A stretch of DNA of 64,000 nt from an uncultured Bacteroidales bacterium (GCA_963736675.1 CAVTPT010000002.1:160358-224357); one strand, 5' to 3'; positions 16,355 to 27,052 are shown, counted from the stretch's first letter. Notes: generated from the letters alone by a model not told the origin. Numbers and translations: made by a program.

Positions 16355-16972
16355 ATGAATGAGTTCGATATTAAGGCATCAGGCTGGGACCTGAATCCAA
16401 TGCATCTCGAACGGTCACGTGCCGTTGTATCGGCATTACTGAAACAGATCCCGCTTAATAAAGAGATGTCAGTTATGGAATACGGTGCAGGAACCGCAAT
16501 CACCAGCTTCCTGCTTAAGGAACATGTCAGCAACATAACCATGATGGACAGCTCGCAGGAAATGGTTAAAATCATGCAGGAAAAGATCAGCGATGCAAAT
16601 GCAGATAAGATGAAAGCCATCCGGTTTGATCTTGAGTCAGAGGAGTGGAAAGAAAACAGGTTCGATCTTATTATAACCCAGATGGTGCTCCATCATGTAT
16701 CTGATACGGAGAATATAATAAGAAAATTCCATTCTCTTCTTAATCAGGCTGGCTACCTGGCCATAGCCGATCTTTATCCCGAAGATGGTTCATTTCACGG
16801 CGAAGGATTCTCAGGCCATAAAGGTTTTGATCCGGAATCTTTGTCGCTTCTGATCAGGAGAACAGGATTCGCTGATATCAAAACAGATAAATGTTTTGTA
16901 ATCAGTAAGAAAATAAACGAAACCACCGTTAAGGAGTTTGATGTTTTTCTAATCACTGCCGCCAGAACCTGA
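16355..16972 (+). CDS. class I SAM-dependent methyltransferase
   Basis: VMEYGAGTA (motif I) and a downstream LIITQMVLHH pattern. Confidence 0.8.
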   Translation: MNEFDIKASGWDLNPMHLERSRAVVSALLKQIPLNKEMSVMEYGAGTAITSFLLKEHVSNITMMDSSQEMVKIMQEKISDANADKMKAIRFDLESEEWKENRFDLIITQMVLHHVSDTENIIRKFHSLLNQAGYLAIADLYPEDGSFHGEGFSGHKGFDPESLSLLIRRTGFADIKTDKCFVISKKINETTVKEFDVFLITAART

Positions 16973-17001
16973 TATACAAAAGTTGATATTTTATTTGGAT
17001 T

Positions 17002-17286
17002 ATGAACGCAGGTTCACTATCTTTATTCAAAATATCAGCCATGAAAGCTCCATTCTTTATTAAACTGTTCCTGGTATTACCCTTACTGCTTTTTGCTGAC
17101 TATTTCATAATGGCCCTTTTAGGTTGTTCAACATGCCTTTTTGGCCCTGGAAATGATTTTTATTGCGGTCCGTTTTGTCTTGCCGGTAAAATTATCTTAG
17201 CTTTATCGGCAATATTTTTCATTTACCTGATATCCCCTGACCTGAGGGCTCTTTTCAGATCAAAAAAGAATGGCGCGTCCGCCTAA
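17002..17286 (+). CDS. small Cys-rich membrane protein (hypothetical)
   Basis: Two predicted TM helices and CSTC / CGPFC motifs. Likely start at MKAPFF (17041). Its 3' end overlaps the DUF134 gene by 17 nt. Confidence 0.35.
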   Translation: MNAGSLSLFKISAMKAPFFIKLFLVLPLLLFADYFIMALLGCSTCLFGPGNDFYCGPFCLAGKIILALSAIFFIYLISPDLRALFRSKKNGASA

Positions 17287-17674
17287 AAACAGAAAGATCA
17301 GCAACCCTCCGAAAATGAAGGGGTTTAAGCCTTATGGATTACCTTCCTGTAAAGTAGAATCAATAAAACTCAAATTTGAAGAATACGAAAGTATGAGGCT
17401 TGTTAATTATGAGTCTCTTGATCAGGAACAGGCAGCCCTGCAGATGAATGTTTCAAGACCGACTTTTACCAGGATTTATAACAAAGCCCTGAAACAAATT
17501 GCCAGATCTTTTGTCGAAGGAAAAGCAATAGAGATCGAAGGAGGAAATTACGAACTGGAGAAAGACTGGTACCGCTGCAAAAAATGCTATAAGCACATAG
17601 AGGGAATTGAGAATCACAGCAAATGTAAGGATTGTACTTCCTTTGGGAGTAACGAGCTGGTGAGATTAAACTGA
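17270..17674 (+). CDS. DUF134 (UPF0251) putative DNA-binding protein with Cys-rich C-terminal extension
   Basis: MARPPKNRKI..FKP and a sigma-70 region-4-like HTH (QEQAALQMNVSRPTFTRIYNKALKQIA). C-terminal CKKC...CKDC. Confidence 0.75.
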   Translation: MARPPKNRKISNPPKMKGFKPYGLPSCKVESIKLKFEEYESMRLVNYESLDQEQAALQMNVSRPTFTRIYNKALKQIARSFVEGKAIEIEGGNYELEKDWYRCKKCYKHIEGIENHSKCKDCTSFGSNELVRLN

Positions 17675-17690
17675 ATCAATACATATAAAG

Positions 17691-18083
17691 ATGGAAATTA
17701 CCTTTGACGGCGGTAAAATCATTACTGCCCACTTAAATGATCATATTATAACTACCGACCAGCCTGTGGAAGGCGGAGGCTCCAATTCAGCACCGGCTCC
17801 TTTCGATCTGTACCTGGCATCAATTGGAACATGTGCCGGAATATATGTCAAATCATTCTGTGACAACCGGAAAATTTCTGCTGATAATATTAAAATAATT
17901 CAGACTACTTCATTCAGTAAGGAGACAGGCCTTCCGGTTAATATTAAGCTGGACATAAAATTGCCATCCGATTTCCCGGAGAAGTACAGAGCACCTGTAA
18001 TAAATGTGGCTGAACTATGTAAAGTTAAAAAATCGATCCATAATCCGCCCCGGTTTGAAATTATCACCTCACAAGCTGAATAA
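17691..18083 (+). CDS. OsmC family protein
   Basis: APAPFDLYLASIGTCAGIYV motif. Size is typical of the family. Confidence 0.7.
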   Translation: MEITFDGGKIITAHLNDHIITTDQPVEGGGSNSAPAPFDLYLASIGTCAGIYVKSFCDNRKISADNIKIIQTTSFSKETGLPVNIKLDIKLPSDFPEKYRAPVINVAELCKVKKSIHNPPRFEIITSQAE

Positions 18084-18216
18084 AACCGGCAGATTTAAGT
18101 TCTGGTAATGTAAAATTATAAATATTCTATTCCGAACATTGGTCTTATTAAAATGCTCCGGTACTCCTTTCAGTACATGGTGCCATTTTCAATGTGACCC
18201 CGTAACTAAAAAAAAC

Positions 18217-18246
18217 AGAGGGCTTTATGAATGCCCTCTATTTTTA
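18217..18246. terminator. bidirectional rho-independent terminator between the OsmC gene and xylA
   Basis: agagggc-tttatgaat-gccctct hairpin, flanked by an A-run upstream and a T-run downstream. Confidence 0.7.
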
Positions 18247-18343
18247 TTATGAAGCTGAAGTCCTGTTCACTGTCAGTCTATACAAGAGCCTCGAAAAAGT
18301 AACTCTCTTTCTGACGGCCAGGATCTCTGACTTAAATTCAATC

Positions 18344-19669
18344 TCAGATAAGGTATGTGTTGATCAGCTGCTCAAGCAGTTCCTGCTTTCCGCTAACTAC
18401 CTTCGGTTCACCTGCTTTTGAGGCTATTGTTCTGAGGTCGGTAAGAGTAAGCTTTCCTTTCTCAAAATCTTTTCCGGTACCCTTATCGTACGATTCGTAT
18501 CTCTTCTGTTTCATCTTGAGGTAATCGCTCTCTTTGAGTATCTTGTCAGCAATCAGGAGAGCACGTGCAAAAGTATCCATACCGCTTACATGAGCAATGA
18601 ACAGATCTTCCATGTCGGTTGAGTTTCTCCTGATGTGAGCATCAAAATTGATACCACCAGTCCTGAATCCTCCGGCCTGCTGGATAACCATCATCGCTTC
18701 GGTAATCTCGTACACATTTGTAGGGAATTCGTCTGTATCCCAGCCATTCTGGTAATCTCCCTTATTGGCATCAATACTTCCGAGCATACCTGCATCGGCA
18801 GCTACCTGAAGGTCGTGCTGGAATGTATGTCCGGCAAGCGTTGCATGGTTAACCTCAATGTTCAGTTTGAAATCCTTTTCCAGTCCGTACTGACGGAGGA
18901 ATCCGATCACTGTAGCTGAATCATAATCATACTGATGCTTTGTAGGCTCCATCGGCTTGGGTTCGATCAGGAAAGTGCCGTTAAAGCCATTTTTTCTTCC
19001 GTAGTCGCGGGCAAGAGTCAGCATCATTCCCATATGCTCAAGTTCTCTCTTCATATCGGTATTGTGAAGGCTCATATAACCTTCACGGCCACCCCAGAAG
19101 ACATAATTCTCACCGCCAAGAGCGATTGTTGCATCAATGGCATTTTTCAGCTGAACGGCAGCATTTGCTGAAGCAATGAAATCAGGATTTGTTGCTGCAC
19201 CGTTCATATAACGTGGATGTGAGAACAGGTTCGCAGTTCCCCAGAGCAATTTCACACCGGTCTGTTGCTGAAGAGTCTTCATCACAGGCACAAATTTCTC
19301 AAGGCGCTTTTCAATATCAAATACAGATCCCTCTCCTCCGACAACATCTACATCGTGGAAGCAATAATAAGGTGCTCCTATTTTAGTGATAAATTCAAAT
19401 GCTGCATCAAGCCTTGATTTGACTTTATCATCTGAAGGAAGATCTTTCCATGGATAAGCGTGGGTTGCATTACCAAACTGGTCAGTACCATCACCACAGA
19501 AAGAGTGCCAGTAAGCTACTGCAAAGCGAAGATGATCTTTCATCTTTTTACCTGACACAACCTGGTCAGGATTATACCATTTGAATGCAAGAGGATTTTT
19601 TGACTTTTTCCCCTCATACTCTATCTTCCCGATCCCGGGATAAACTTCTTTTTTGCTTTTGGAAACCAT
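18344..19669 (-). CDS. xylA: xylose isomerase
   Basis: 441 aa. N-terminal [19 protein letters not shown], plus FHD, WGGREG and the [12 protein letters not shown] signature. Confidence 0.95.
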   Translation of the reverse strand: MVSKSKKEVYPGIGKIEYEGKKSKNPLAFKWYNPDQVVSGKKMKDHLRFAVAYWHSFCGDGTDQFGNATHAYPWKDLPSDDKVKSRLDAAFEFITKIGAPYYCFHDVDVVGGEGSVFDIEKRLEKFVPVMKTLQQQTGVKLLWGTANLFSHPRYMNGAATNPDFIASANAAVQLKNAIDATIALGGENYVFWGGREGYMSLHNTDMKRELEHMGMMLTLARDYGRKNGFNGTFLIEPKPMEPTKHQYDYDSATVIGFLRQYGLEKDFKLNIEVNHATLAGHTFQHDLQVAADAGMLGSIDANKGDYQNGWDTDEFPTNVYEITEAMMVIQQAGGFRTGGINFDAHIRRNSTDMEDLFIAHVSGMDTFARALLIADKILKESDYLKMKQKRYESYDKGTGKDFEKGKLTLTDLRTIASKAGEPKVVSGKQELLEQLINTYLI

Positions 19670-19760
19670 AATAATTGATTTTAGTTATGTTTTGAATTGA
19701 TAAATCCATTTTACATGATAAATAAGACTTCTGAAACTGATTTTACAGTCAATCAATATT

Positions 19761-21239
19761 TTACATAGCCTCAAGATGACCTTTCCATTTTGAATATGCT
19801 TTCTCGTACTCCGGTGTCAGTTTATTATCAGGTTTGGTAACACCAACTGCTTTCAGACCCTTGAAGGCGTCTTTTTCTGTTTTGTAGAATCCGCATCCTA
19901 TCCCTGCACCTCTGGCAGCTCCTATCGAACCATCGGTATTGTAAAGATGAATCTCCGTTCCGGTTATACACGATAAAACTTCTCTGAAAACCTTGCTGAG
20001 GAACATGTTTGCCTCTCCAGCACGTATCAGTTGCGGATTGATGCCGGTCTCTTTCATGATATCGAGTCCGTACTTGAATGAGAAAGCAATTCCTTCCTGA
20101 GCTGCCCTGAACATATGTGAATTTGAGTGCCTGTTAAAGTCTAAACCTATAACGCGACATCCGGCATCTTTGTTCAGCAACATTCTCTCGGACCCATTGC
20201 CAAAGGGAAGAATCGATAATCCTGCTGATCCGGGAGCTACCTGAGCCGCAAGCTCGTTCATTTCATTATACGACAAATTATTGCCTGAATTGCGTTTCAG
20301 CCAGGAATTAAGAATGCCTGTCCCATTGATACAGAGCAGTACTCCCAGCCTCTGCTTTTCTGCACTGTGATTGACATGAAGAAATGTATTCACCCTCGAC
20401 TGCGGATCATATTTTTTCTGGTCAGTCACACCATAAATTACACCCGAAGTACCAGCAGTGGCAGCAACTTCGCCAGGGTTCAGCACGTTGAGCGATAGTG
20501 CATTATTCGGTTGATCGCCAGCCCGGTACGAAACCGGAATGCCGGCAGGTAATCCGAATTCCTCAGCTACCTGTTTCAGGAGAGTTCCCTGAACTGAGAA
20601 CGATGAAGCAGCCTGAGGCAGAATGTCTGATTTAAAACCAAAGGAATCCATTAGCTCGCCTGAAACGCTATTATTTTTAAAATCCCAGAAAATACCTTCC
20701 GACAGGCCGGTAAATGAAGTGGATATCCCGCCGGTAAACCTCATCGCCACATAATCGCCCGGAAGCATTATCTTGAAAATCTTTTTGAACAGATCGGGCT
20801 CATTCTCTTTCACCCAGGCAAGTTTTGCAGCCGTAAAATTTCCGGGAGAATTAAGGAGATGTGAAAGGGCAAATTCTTTCCCCAGCCTGTCAAATGATTT
20901 CTGTCCGTACTCCACCGCCCTGCTGTCGCACCATATTATTGAAGGACGAAGTACCTTTTTATCCTTGTCCACTGCTACAAGACCATGCATCTGGTACGAA
21001 ATACCGATGGCACCTATATCATTTTTCTTTGCACCCAGCTGATTGCCGCAATCTTTAATAGAAGCTTTTAGATTATCCCACCATGCGTCCGGTTCCTGTT
21101 CTGCCCAACCCGGTTTGCTGGCTATTATCTTCATCTCAACTTTTGGATAGAATGCTGTGGCAAGGCAATTGCCCGACTCGCCCTCGATCACTGAAGCCTT
21201 TACTGATGAGCTTCCCAAATCAATTCCAAGTAATAACAT
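19761..21239 (-). CDS. xylB: xylulokinase (FGGY carbohydrate kinase)
   Basis: LGIDLGSSSVK start and GISYQMHG FGGY motifs. Adjacent to xylA. Confidence 0.85.
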   Translation of the reverse strand: MLLLGIDLGSSSVKASVIEGESGNCLATAFYPKVEMKIIASKPGWAEQEPDAWWDNLKASIKDCGNQLGAKKNDIGAIGISYQMHGLVAVDKDKKVLRPSIIWCDSRAVEYGQKSFDRLGKEFALSHLLNSPGNFTAAKLAWVKENEPDLFKKIFKIMLPGDYVAMRFTGGISTSFTGLSEGIFWDFKNNSVSGELMDSFGFKSDILPQAASSFSVQGTLLKQVAEEFGLPAGIPVSYRAGDQPNNALSLNVLNPGEVAATAGTSGVIYGVTDQKKYDPQSRVNTFLHVNHSAEKQRLGVLLCINGTGILNSWLKRNSGNNLSYNEMNELAAQVAPGSAGLSILPFGNGSERMLLNKDAGCRVIGLDFNRHSNSHMFRAAQEGIAFSFKYGLDIMKETGINPQLIRAGEANMFLSKVFREVLSCITGTEIHLYNTDGSIGAARGAGIGCGFYKTEKDAFKGLKAVGVTKPDNKLTPEYEKAYSKWKGHLEAM

Positions 21240-21374
21240 AATTTAAAATTTTATAATTTATATTAATCTGTCGTAAGGTGTTTTTTCGAAAGCCTAAAGT
21301 ACTCAAAGTTATTAAATCCTTATCACAAGCAGGATTAACTTTAATCATTTTTTATAATTTTAACTCTTGCTGCT

Positions 21375-22583
21375 TTACCAGTAATACATTGTTCCGTCCG
21401 ATTTCCGGTTTACCGGAAGTGTAGCCATCCCATAGGGATATCCCGAAGCTTTTTCCTCATCAATATCGACACCAATACCAGGAGTATCATCAATATAAAG
21501 AGAGCCATTCTTAAATGCGTAATTAATACTGAATACCTCATTTACAATTTCCTGATGTGGCATATATTCCTGGATACCAAAATTATTTATTGCCAGATTA
21601 AAGTGAATTGCCGCAGCAAGATTTACAGGCGACAGATCAGTGGCTCCGTGAAATCCTGTCTGAATATGGTACACCGATGCAAATGCCGCTACCTTCATTA
21701 AATGAGTAATTCCTCCTCCGTGAACCAGTGGCATCCGTATATAGTCGATAAGCTGCCCGGTTATCAGGGTGGTGTAATCATATATAGTGTTGAATACCTC
21801 CCCTATTGCCACAGGGGTTGTTGAATGTTGCCTCAATAGCCTGAGCCCCTCCTGTAGCTCTCCTGACACCGGATCCTCAAGCCAGAAAAGATGATAGGGC
21901 TCTAGTTCCTTTGCGAGCCTGGCTGCCTCAATGGGTGTACACCGGTGATGTGCATCATGTAACAGGTGGACATCTTCACCATACACTTCCCTTACTTTAC
22001 TGAACAGCGAAGGGACGAAATTCAGATATCTGGCTGTATCCCACGACTCTTCATGAGGCAATCCCCTGTTGGCAGGTTCATAAGGCTTGCCGTCAGGAGG
22101 CACTCCATAGGTATGAGGTATTCCCGGTATACCCGATTGTACCCTTACGGCAGTAAAACCCTCTTCTATCTTCTCCCCTACCTTGTCGATGGTTTCATTC
22201 AGATCCCTACCGTTGGCATGACAGTAGACCTGTACTTTCTCCCTGCTCTTACCTCCCAGAAGGTTATAGAGAGGTGTATTAAGCGCCTTCCCCTTAATAT
22301 CCCAGAGGGCCATATCGATTGCTGAAACGGCTGTCATGCTTACTGAACCCCTCTTCCAGTATACACCTTTATAGAAATAGTGCCATATATCTTCGGTATT
22401 GCGCGGATCCCTTCCTGTAAGCATCGGGATGCAGTAATCCTCAAGATATGCGACAACAGCCTTTTCCATCCCGTTAAGAGTTGCATCTCCCAGTCCGTAA
22501 ATACCTTCGTCAGTAAATACTTTCAGGGTGGTAAAATTCCTCCCCGGAGAACATAATATTACTTTAGCTCCTGTTATTCTCAC
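21375..22583 (-). CDS. manD: D-mannonate dehydratase, enolase-superfamily ManD type
   Basis: MRITGAKVILCSPGRNFTTLKVFTDEGIYGLGDATLNG is the characteristic ManD N-terminus. 402 aa. Confidence 0.8.
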   Translation of the reverse strand: MRITGAKVILCSPGRNFTTLKVFTDEGIYGLGDATLNGMEKAVVAYLEDYCIPMLTGRDPRNTEDIWHYFYKGVYWKRGSVSMTAVSAIDMALWDIKGKALNTPLYNLLGGKSREKVQVYCHANGRDLNETIDKVGEKIEEGFTAVRVQSGIPGIPHTYGVPPDGKPYEPANRGLPHEESWDTARYLNFVPSLFSKVREVYGEDVHLLHDAHHRCTPIEAARLAKELEPYHLFWLEDPVSGELQEGLRLLRQHSTTPVAIGEVFNTIYDYTTLITGQLIDYIRMPLVHGGGITHLMKVAAFASVYHIQTGFHGATDLSPVNLAAAIHFNLAINNFGIQEYMPHQEIVNEVFSINYAFKNGSLYIDDTPGIGVDIDEEKASGYPYGMATLPVNRKSDGTMYYW

Positions 22584-22728
22584 GATAAATCATTTTTTAA
22601 TTATTACATCTTTAAGCTCAGAATCACTATTATATTAAGCATGTTTTTCCACATATACCTTTTCGTATTCGCGCAATTAAGTACCTTCGTTCACGCCTCA
22701 CGCCTCACGCCTCTATCTTAGTCAATGC

Positions 22729-23625
22729 CTAAATAACGTTGACCTTTTTAATACTTATTTTATCTCTTTTATAATGATGATGATTTACTGTTGATAACAG
22801 GAGATAACTTGAAGAGTTATCCTTGTTATCAATAGTATCTTTAAATGCTTTTGGCGTTAATTTCCCCAACGCTTTGTGTGGTTTTTCATTATTGTACATG
22901 TGTACTGCTTTGTTTAACAGCTTCCTGAGCGTTTTCATGTTTGTCGGGCCATATGGATAAAGATAGTTGTTTTTGATTATCCCGTTTAGCCTCTCAGCAT
23001 GTGAGTTCTCGTACACCTTTTCCTCTGTCATAGAGTTAATCATTTTAAGGCTCTTTGTGAGTGCTTTAAATTCATTGCAATAATACTGACCGCCACCATC
23101 AGAATGTATTATAGATCCTTTTAAATTCACCGTGCCACGCAGTGCAATCAACATTCTCAGGGCAGGTAACGTTGTAGTCTCAGTTCGCAGATTATCACTG
23201 GCAGACCAACCGACTATCTCGCGATTATAAAGATCCATTATAAAAGTCAAATAATATACATCTGAGCCTATATCGAAGTAGGTAATGTCACTCACAAAAA
23301 CCTGGTTCACACGTGTAACCCTGATATCCTTTATCATGTTTGGAAAACGAGTCACTCCAAGGCTGTTGGTTGTAACCCTGTAGTTCTTTAATCTCTTGAT
23401 CCTGTAACCATAGTCCATGCAAAAACGTTCGAACTGATCTCTGCCCATGCAATGTGGCTTAAGCTTAAGATAGATGTCTCTGGCTGACATACGTGGATGA
23501 TCTCTACGTATCTCATTTATCAAAGGTATCAACTGCTCAAGCTCTTCGTACTTGTATTTCCTTCGTTTAAGCATTTGATGGAAAGACTGCTTGCTTATAT
23601 TCAAAACATTAAAAAGATCGTTCAT
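22729..23625 (-). CDS. IS3 transposase OrfB (DDE / rve integrase core)
   Basis: SDITYF ... HSDGGGQY ... NSHAERLNG pattern (DDE triad context). The frame is continuous with the -1 frame of orfA after the A-run. Confidence 0.85.
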   Translation of the reverse strand: MNDLFNVLNISKQSFHQMLKRRKYKYEELEQLIPLINEIRRDHPRMSARDIYLKLKPHCMGRDQFERFCMDYGYRIKRLKNYRVTTNSLGVTRFPNMIKDIRVTRVNQVFVSDITYFDIGSDVYYLTFIMDLYNREIVGWSASDNLRTETTTLPALRMLIALRGTVNLKGSIIHSDGGGQYYCNEFKALTKSLKMINSMTEEKVYENSHAERLNGIIKNNYLYPYGPTNMKTLRKLLNKAVHMYNNEKPHKALGKLTPKAFKDTIDNKDNSSSYLLLSTVNHHHYKRDKISIKKVNVI

Positions 23626-24071
23626 TTTTTTCCTGTGGACTTCTCTGTTAAAGTAGTACCAGGTAAGAGCCTGGAACCTGCTTTTTTTTTAATGTCAACA
23701 TTATAAGTAGATTCTGCTATCTCTATCATTTTATCCTTGAACTCAATCAATAATTGTTTCTGTCCAACTATTCTCTCAAGTTCCTTAATCCGTTCTTCAA
23801 GAGCTTTAATTTTCAGAGTATCACTCTTTGCTTCAACTACTTGTTTTACTTGCTTTTTTGCCATTGCCGAATATTTGTAAATCCAATCATAAACTGTTCT
23901 TCTGCTTACTGAATAAGTTTTACTAATATCGGTAACTGATGTCAGATTACGTTCCAGTTCCCTGATTTTCTTTTTCTTAAAATCCTCACTGAAATACCTG
24001 TGATACTGAGGTTTGTTCTCATGATCAAAATAATTCACTTTTGCCATACTGTTAACCTTTTTTTTGGTCAA
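23622..24071 (-). CDS. IS3 transposase OrfA (HTH + leucine-zipper-like)
   Basis: HTH (ISKTYSVSRRTVYDWIYKY) and a coiled-coil segment. Ends just after the AAAAAAAAA slippery site. Confidence 0.8.
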   Translation of the reverse strand: MTKKKVNSMAKVNYFDHENKPQYHRYFSEDFKKKKIRELERNLTSVTDISKTYSVSRRTVYDWIYKYSAMAKKQVKQVVEAKSDTLKIKALEERIKELERIVGQKQLLIEFKDKMIEIAESTYNVDIKKKAGSRLLPGTTLTEKSTGKK

Positions 24072-24092
24072 CGTATTTCAGGCATCGACACT

Positions 24093-24830
24093 TCAAAACC
24101 CTATTGAATTTCCTCCGTCTACCGGTAATACGACACCCGTTATATAGGAGGCAGAATCTGAAATCAGAAAATAAGCTGCTTCAGCAACCTCCTCAGGTTT
24201 TCCCAGTCTTCCGAGTGGAGTTCGTGAATAGACTCTTTTTTTTCTTTCAGGGTCCCGGTCGAGGGCTGACGACGACATACTGGTAGTGATAAAACCGGGA
24301 GCGATGCAGTTAACCCTTATACCATATGGGGAGAGTTCCACCGCCAGAGCCCTGGTCATCCCTTCAATAGCCGATTTTGAAGCAGTATAGGCGATAACAA
24401 GGGGCAGTCCATAGATAGAGGCCATTGAACTAATATTCAGGACCACACCATCTTCCTGCTCCTGCATGAAACCTGCCACTGCCCTGGTAAGGCTGAAAAC
24501 AGAGGTCTGATTTGTCAGGATAACCTTCTGATACTCTTCGTCCGTTACTTCGTTAAAAGCCTTTTTCAGGTGTATCCCTGCATTGTTTACCAGAATGTCA
24601 ATCCTCCCGAACCGGTCAATCAGCTGCTGGACAACTCCCGGTATATCCCCGAGCCGGTTTAGGTCACAGACAATCCAGTCGGTCATATTACCAAGCACTT
24701 CACCGGCCTTTTGCAGCTTTATCCTGTCCCGCCCCAGCAAAACAGTCTTTATGCCGTTCCTCACAAATTTTTCAGCAATGGCAAATCCTATACCGGAAGC
24801 TCCGCCTGTTATGATTGCTACTTTTCCCAT
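24093..24830 (-). CDS. SDR family oxidoreductase (UxuB-like fructuronate/mannonate reductase by context)
   Basis: TGGASGIG cofactor motif, NNAG and YxxxK (YTASK). Located between GH67 and ManD. Confidence 0.8.
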   Translation of the reverse strand: MGKVAIITGGASGIGFAIAEKFVRNGIKTVLLGRDRIKLQKAGEVLGNMTDWIVCDLNRLGDIPGVVQQLIDRFGRIDILVNNAGIHLKKAFNEVTDEEYQKVILTNQTSVFSLTRAVAGFMQEQEDGVVLNISSMASIYGLPLVIAYTASKSAIEGMTRALAVELSPYGIRVNCIAPGFITTSMSSSALDRDPERKKRVYSRTPLGRLGKPEEVAEAAYFLISDSASYITGVVLPVDGGNSIGF

Positions 24831-24892
24831 ATCACCTTAATTAGCTGAAACTTATACCACAAATTCATACACCTTGTTACTTCAACCCGACA

Positions 24893-27052
24893 CTAATAAA
24901 TACCCGGTATATCGGTGTATTTGTGCGACCTGTAAAAATCCAGACTCTTCTCCGGTTTTTCAACCAACGGGGGTATTGTCCTTTTGGAAAAAGTCTGAAA
25001 ATAAAGTAAGCATCCGTCTTTCCAGATTTTTGCATCTCTTTCCTGCATCTCCAGAAATTTCAGTACCTGCGCATACCTGTCGCTGTCGATGGAATCCTTC
25101 AGTTGTATCCAGCCGGTTTTCATCTGTCTTACTGCCTTCACTCCCTCGTCGTACCTTAAACACATCTCATCCCAGAGTGTGTTCCCCGACTTCATCCTGT
25201 AATCCCATGGTACATGATGGAACCATAACAGGAGATTTTCAGGACATGTCTCAATATTTTCGTACAGGTCTCTGACAGGTGCGAAATATTGTCCTGCAGC
25301 ATTGCTCCCGCCTGAGGTCCTGTTAAAGCCAATCCCGGCACTATCGGCACGGTGATAGTAGACTGATGTCCAGTCCTGCCGCCCCCTGTCAACCCATGGC
25401 CCCGGGCCGTAATGATGACCTGAGTACATTATATGGTGCAGCCCAAGCGGTGTCATATAGTTTACAGCTGTTTCGCGTGAGTCAAGCATCATCTTGCTAA
25501 TCTTCCCGGCAACTGTATTGTCATTTGTAAAGGTCATTCTTATCCATTCATCAGCTATCACCGAAGATAAGAGGTAAGGATCCCAGGCCAGCCTTCCGAA
25601 GGCGTACCAGTTGGATTGTGCAAAGGGGTGTCCGGTCCAGTTTGTCACACTGCCAATGTTTGAAACACCTGCCATAGCCGTCAGTGAATGTTTTTCGACC
25701 GAACCGTCGATGATACCGGCAACAGGTGTCCCTTTACCCCTGGCATACGTATCTGATTTAAGACACTCTTCATAAAGGGGAGCAAGGTAAACGAGGTGGA
25801 CCGACGATCCAAAGTACTCCTGGGTTATCTGCAATTCAGGCATGAGAGGTGTTTTGGGCATTGCACCGAAAAGAGGGTGAAACGGTTCCCTTGGCTGAAA
25901 ATCAACGGGTCCGTTTTTTACCTGTATTATGACATTATCCCTGAACTTACCGTCGAGGTTGACGAATTCGTTATAAGCCTGTTTTGCCCTGTCGTCGGGC
26001 ACATTACTATCGTAAACAAATGCCCTCCACATCACAACTCCTCCATGAGGAGCAACTGCATCAGCAAGCATGTTTGCTCCGTCGGCGTGATCCCTGCCGT
26101 AATTCTGCGGACCCGGCTGTCCCTCTGAATTGGCTTTGACAAGGAAACCTCCGAAATCAGGAATAAAGGAATAAATTTCATCTGCTTTATCTTTCCACCA
26201 TTTTGCCACTTCAGCATCAAGAGGGTCGGCTGTCTTCAAATTCCCTATCTCAACAGGGGCGCTGAAACGAGCGGTGAGATAGACCTTCAGTCCATAAGGC
26301 CGGAAGGCATCAGCCAGTGCGGCTACTTTAACCAGATAATCTTTTGTCAGGATCAGGGCATTGGCATTGACATTTGTCAGGGCTGTGGCATTTATTCCTA
26401 TTGATGCATTAGCCCTGGCATAATCAATATAACGCTGCGAAATAGTGCCAGGGAGAGAATCCCAGTTCCAGAGAGAAAGTCCGGAATAACCCCTCTCCAC
26501 ACTTCTGTCCAGATTATCCCAGTGGTTCAGTATCCTGATCCTGGTTTTGGGCGAACTTACAACTGCCAGACCTGAAACAGACTGGTGCATCTGCATAAGC
26601 CTCAGGAAATGGAAGACACCATAAAGAACTCCTTTATCACTATTCCCGGTTATTACAGTAATTCGTTTATTTTTATAAACAGTGCTCAAAATAATATACC
26701 CCTCCTCATTTACACCTGCGAGCCTGTCTTTCAGTTTAAGCGAAGCTATTACCTTCGATGTTACCTGTGTGCCTGCAACTATGGTCCCATGCTTTTTTAC
26801 CGAACGCACTTCATTCACCGTTTTGCCCAGCAATCCGTTGAGGCCAAGCTGAAGCTCCTTCCCTGCAACAGCAAGTGTTGGTGAATCACCCCCGATCATC
26901 CAGCCGGTGATCTCTTTTTTGTATTGTTCAAGCAATTCAGCATTTGTTATCTGGTCATACCTTAACCAGAGCCTCGAGCCGTCTTCTGCTTTAAGAAATG
27001 CAGGCGAGATCAGAATAACCGCAATTAAAAGTGTTTTTAACAGGCTTTTCAT
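24893..27052 (-). CDS. alpha-glucuronidase, GH67
   Basis: Signal peptide followed by EDGSRLWLRY, the classic GH67 N-terminus. 719 aa. Confidence 0.85.
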   Translation of the reverse strand: MKSLLKTLLIAVILISPAFLKAEDGSRLWLRYDQITNAELLEQYKKEITGWMIGGDSPTLAVAGKELQLGLNGLLGKTVNEVRSVKKHGTIVAGTQVTSKVIASLKLKDRLAGVNEEGYIILSTVYKNKRITVITGNSDKGVLYGVFHFLRLMQMHQSVSGLAVVSSPKTRIRILNHWDNLDRSVERGYSGLSLWNWDSLPGTISQRYIDYARANASIGINATALTNVNANALILTKDYLVKVAALADAFRPYGLKVYLTARFSAPVEIGNLKTADPLDAEVAKWWKDKADEIYSFIPDFGGFLVKANSEGQPGPQNYGRDHADGANMLADAVAPHGGVVMWRAFVYDSNVPDDRAKQAYNEFVNLDGKFRDNVIIQVKNGPVDFQPREPFHPLFGAMPKTPLMPELQITQEYFGSSVHLVYLAPLYEECLKSDTYARGKGTPVAGIIDGSVEKHSLTAMAGVSNIGSVTNWTGHPFAQSNWYAFGRLAWDPYLLSSVIADEWIRMTFTNDNTVAGKISKMMLDSRETAVNYMTPLGLHHIMYSGHHYGPGPWVDRGRQDWTSVYYHRADSAGIGFNRTSGGSNAAGQYFAPVRDLYENIETCPENLLLWFHHVPWDYRMKSGNTLWDEMCLRYDEGVKAVRQMKTGWIQLKDSIDSDRYAQVLKFLEMQERDAKIWKDGCLLYFQTFSKRTIPPLVEKPEKSLDFYRSHKYTDIPGIY

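Larger units (their letters stand above)
22720..24090 (-). mobile_element. IS3-family insertion sequence (1371 bp) with orfA/orfB and an A9 -1 frameshift site
   Basis: Imperfect terminal inverted repeats: aGTCAATGCCTAAATAACGTTGACC (22720-22744) versus the reverse complement of 24066-24090, TGTCGATGCCTGAAATACGTTGACC. Possible 3-bp target duplication CTT (22717-22719 and 24091-24093). Slippery run at 23682-23690. Confidence 0.85.
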
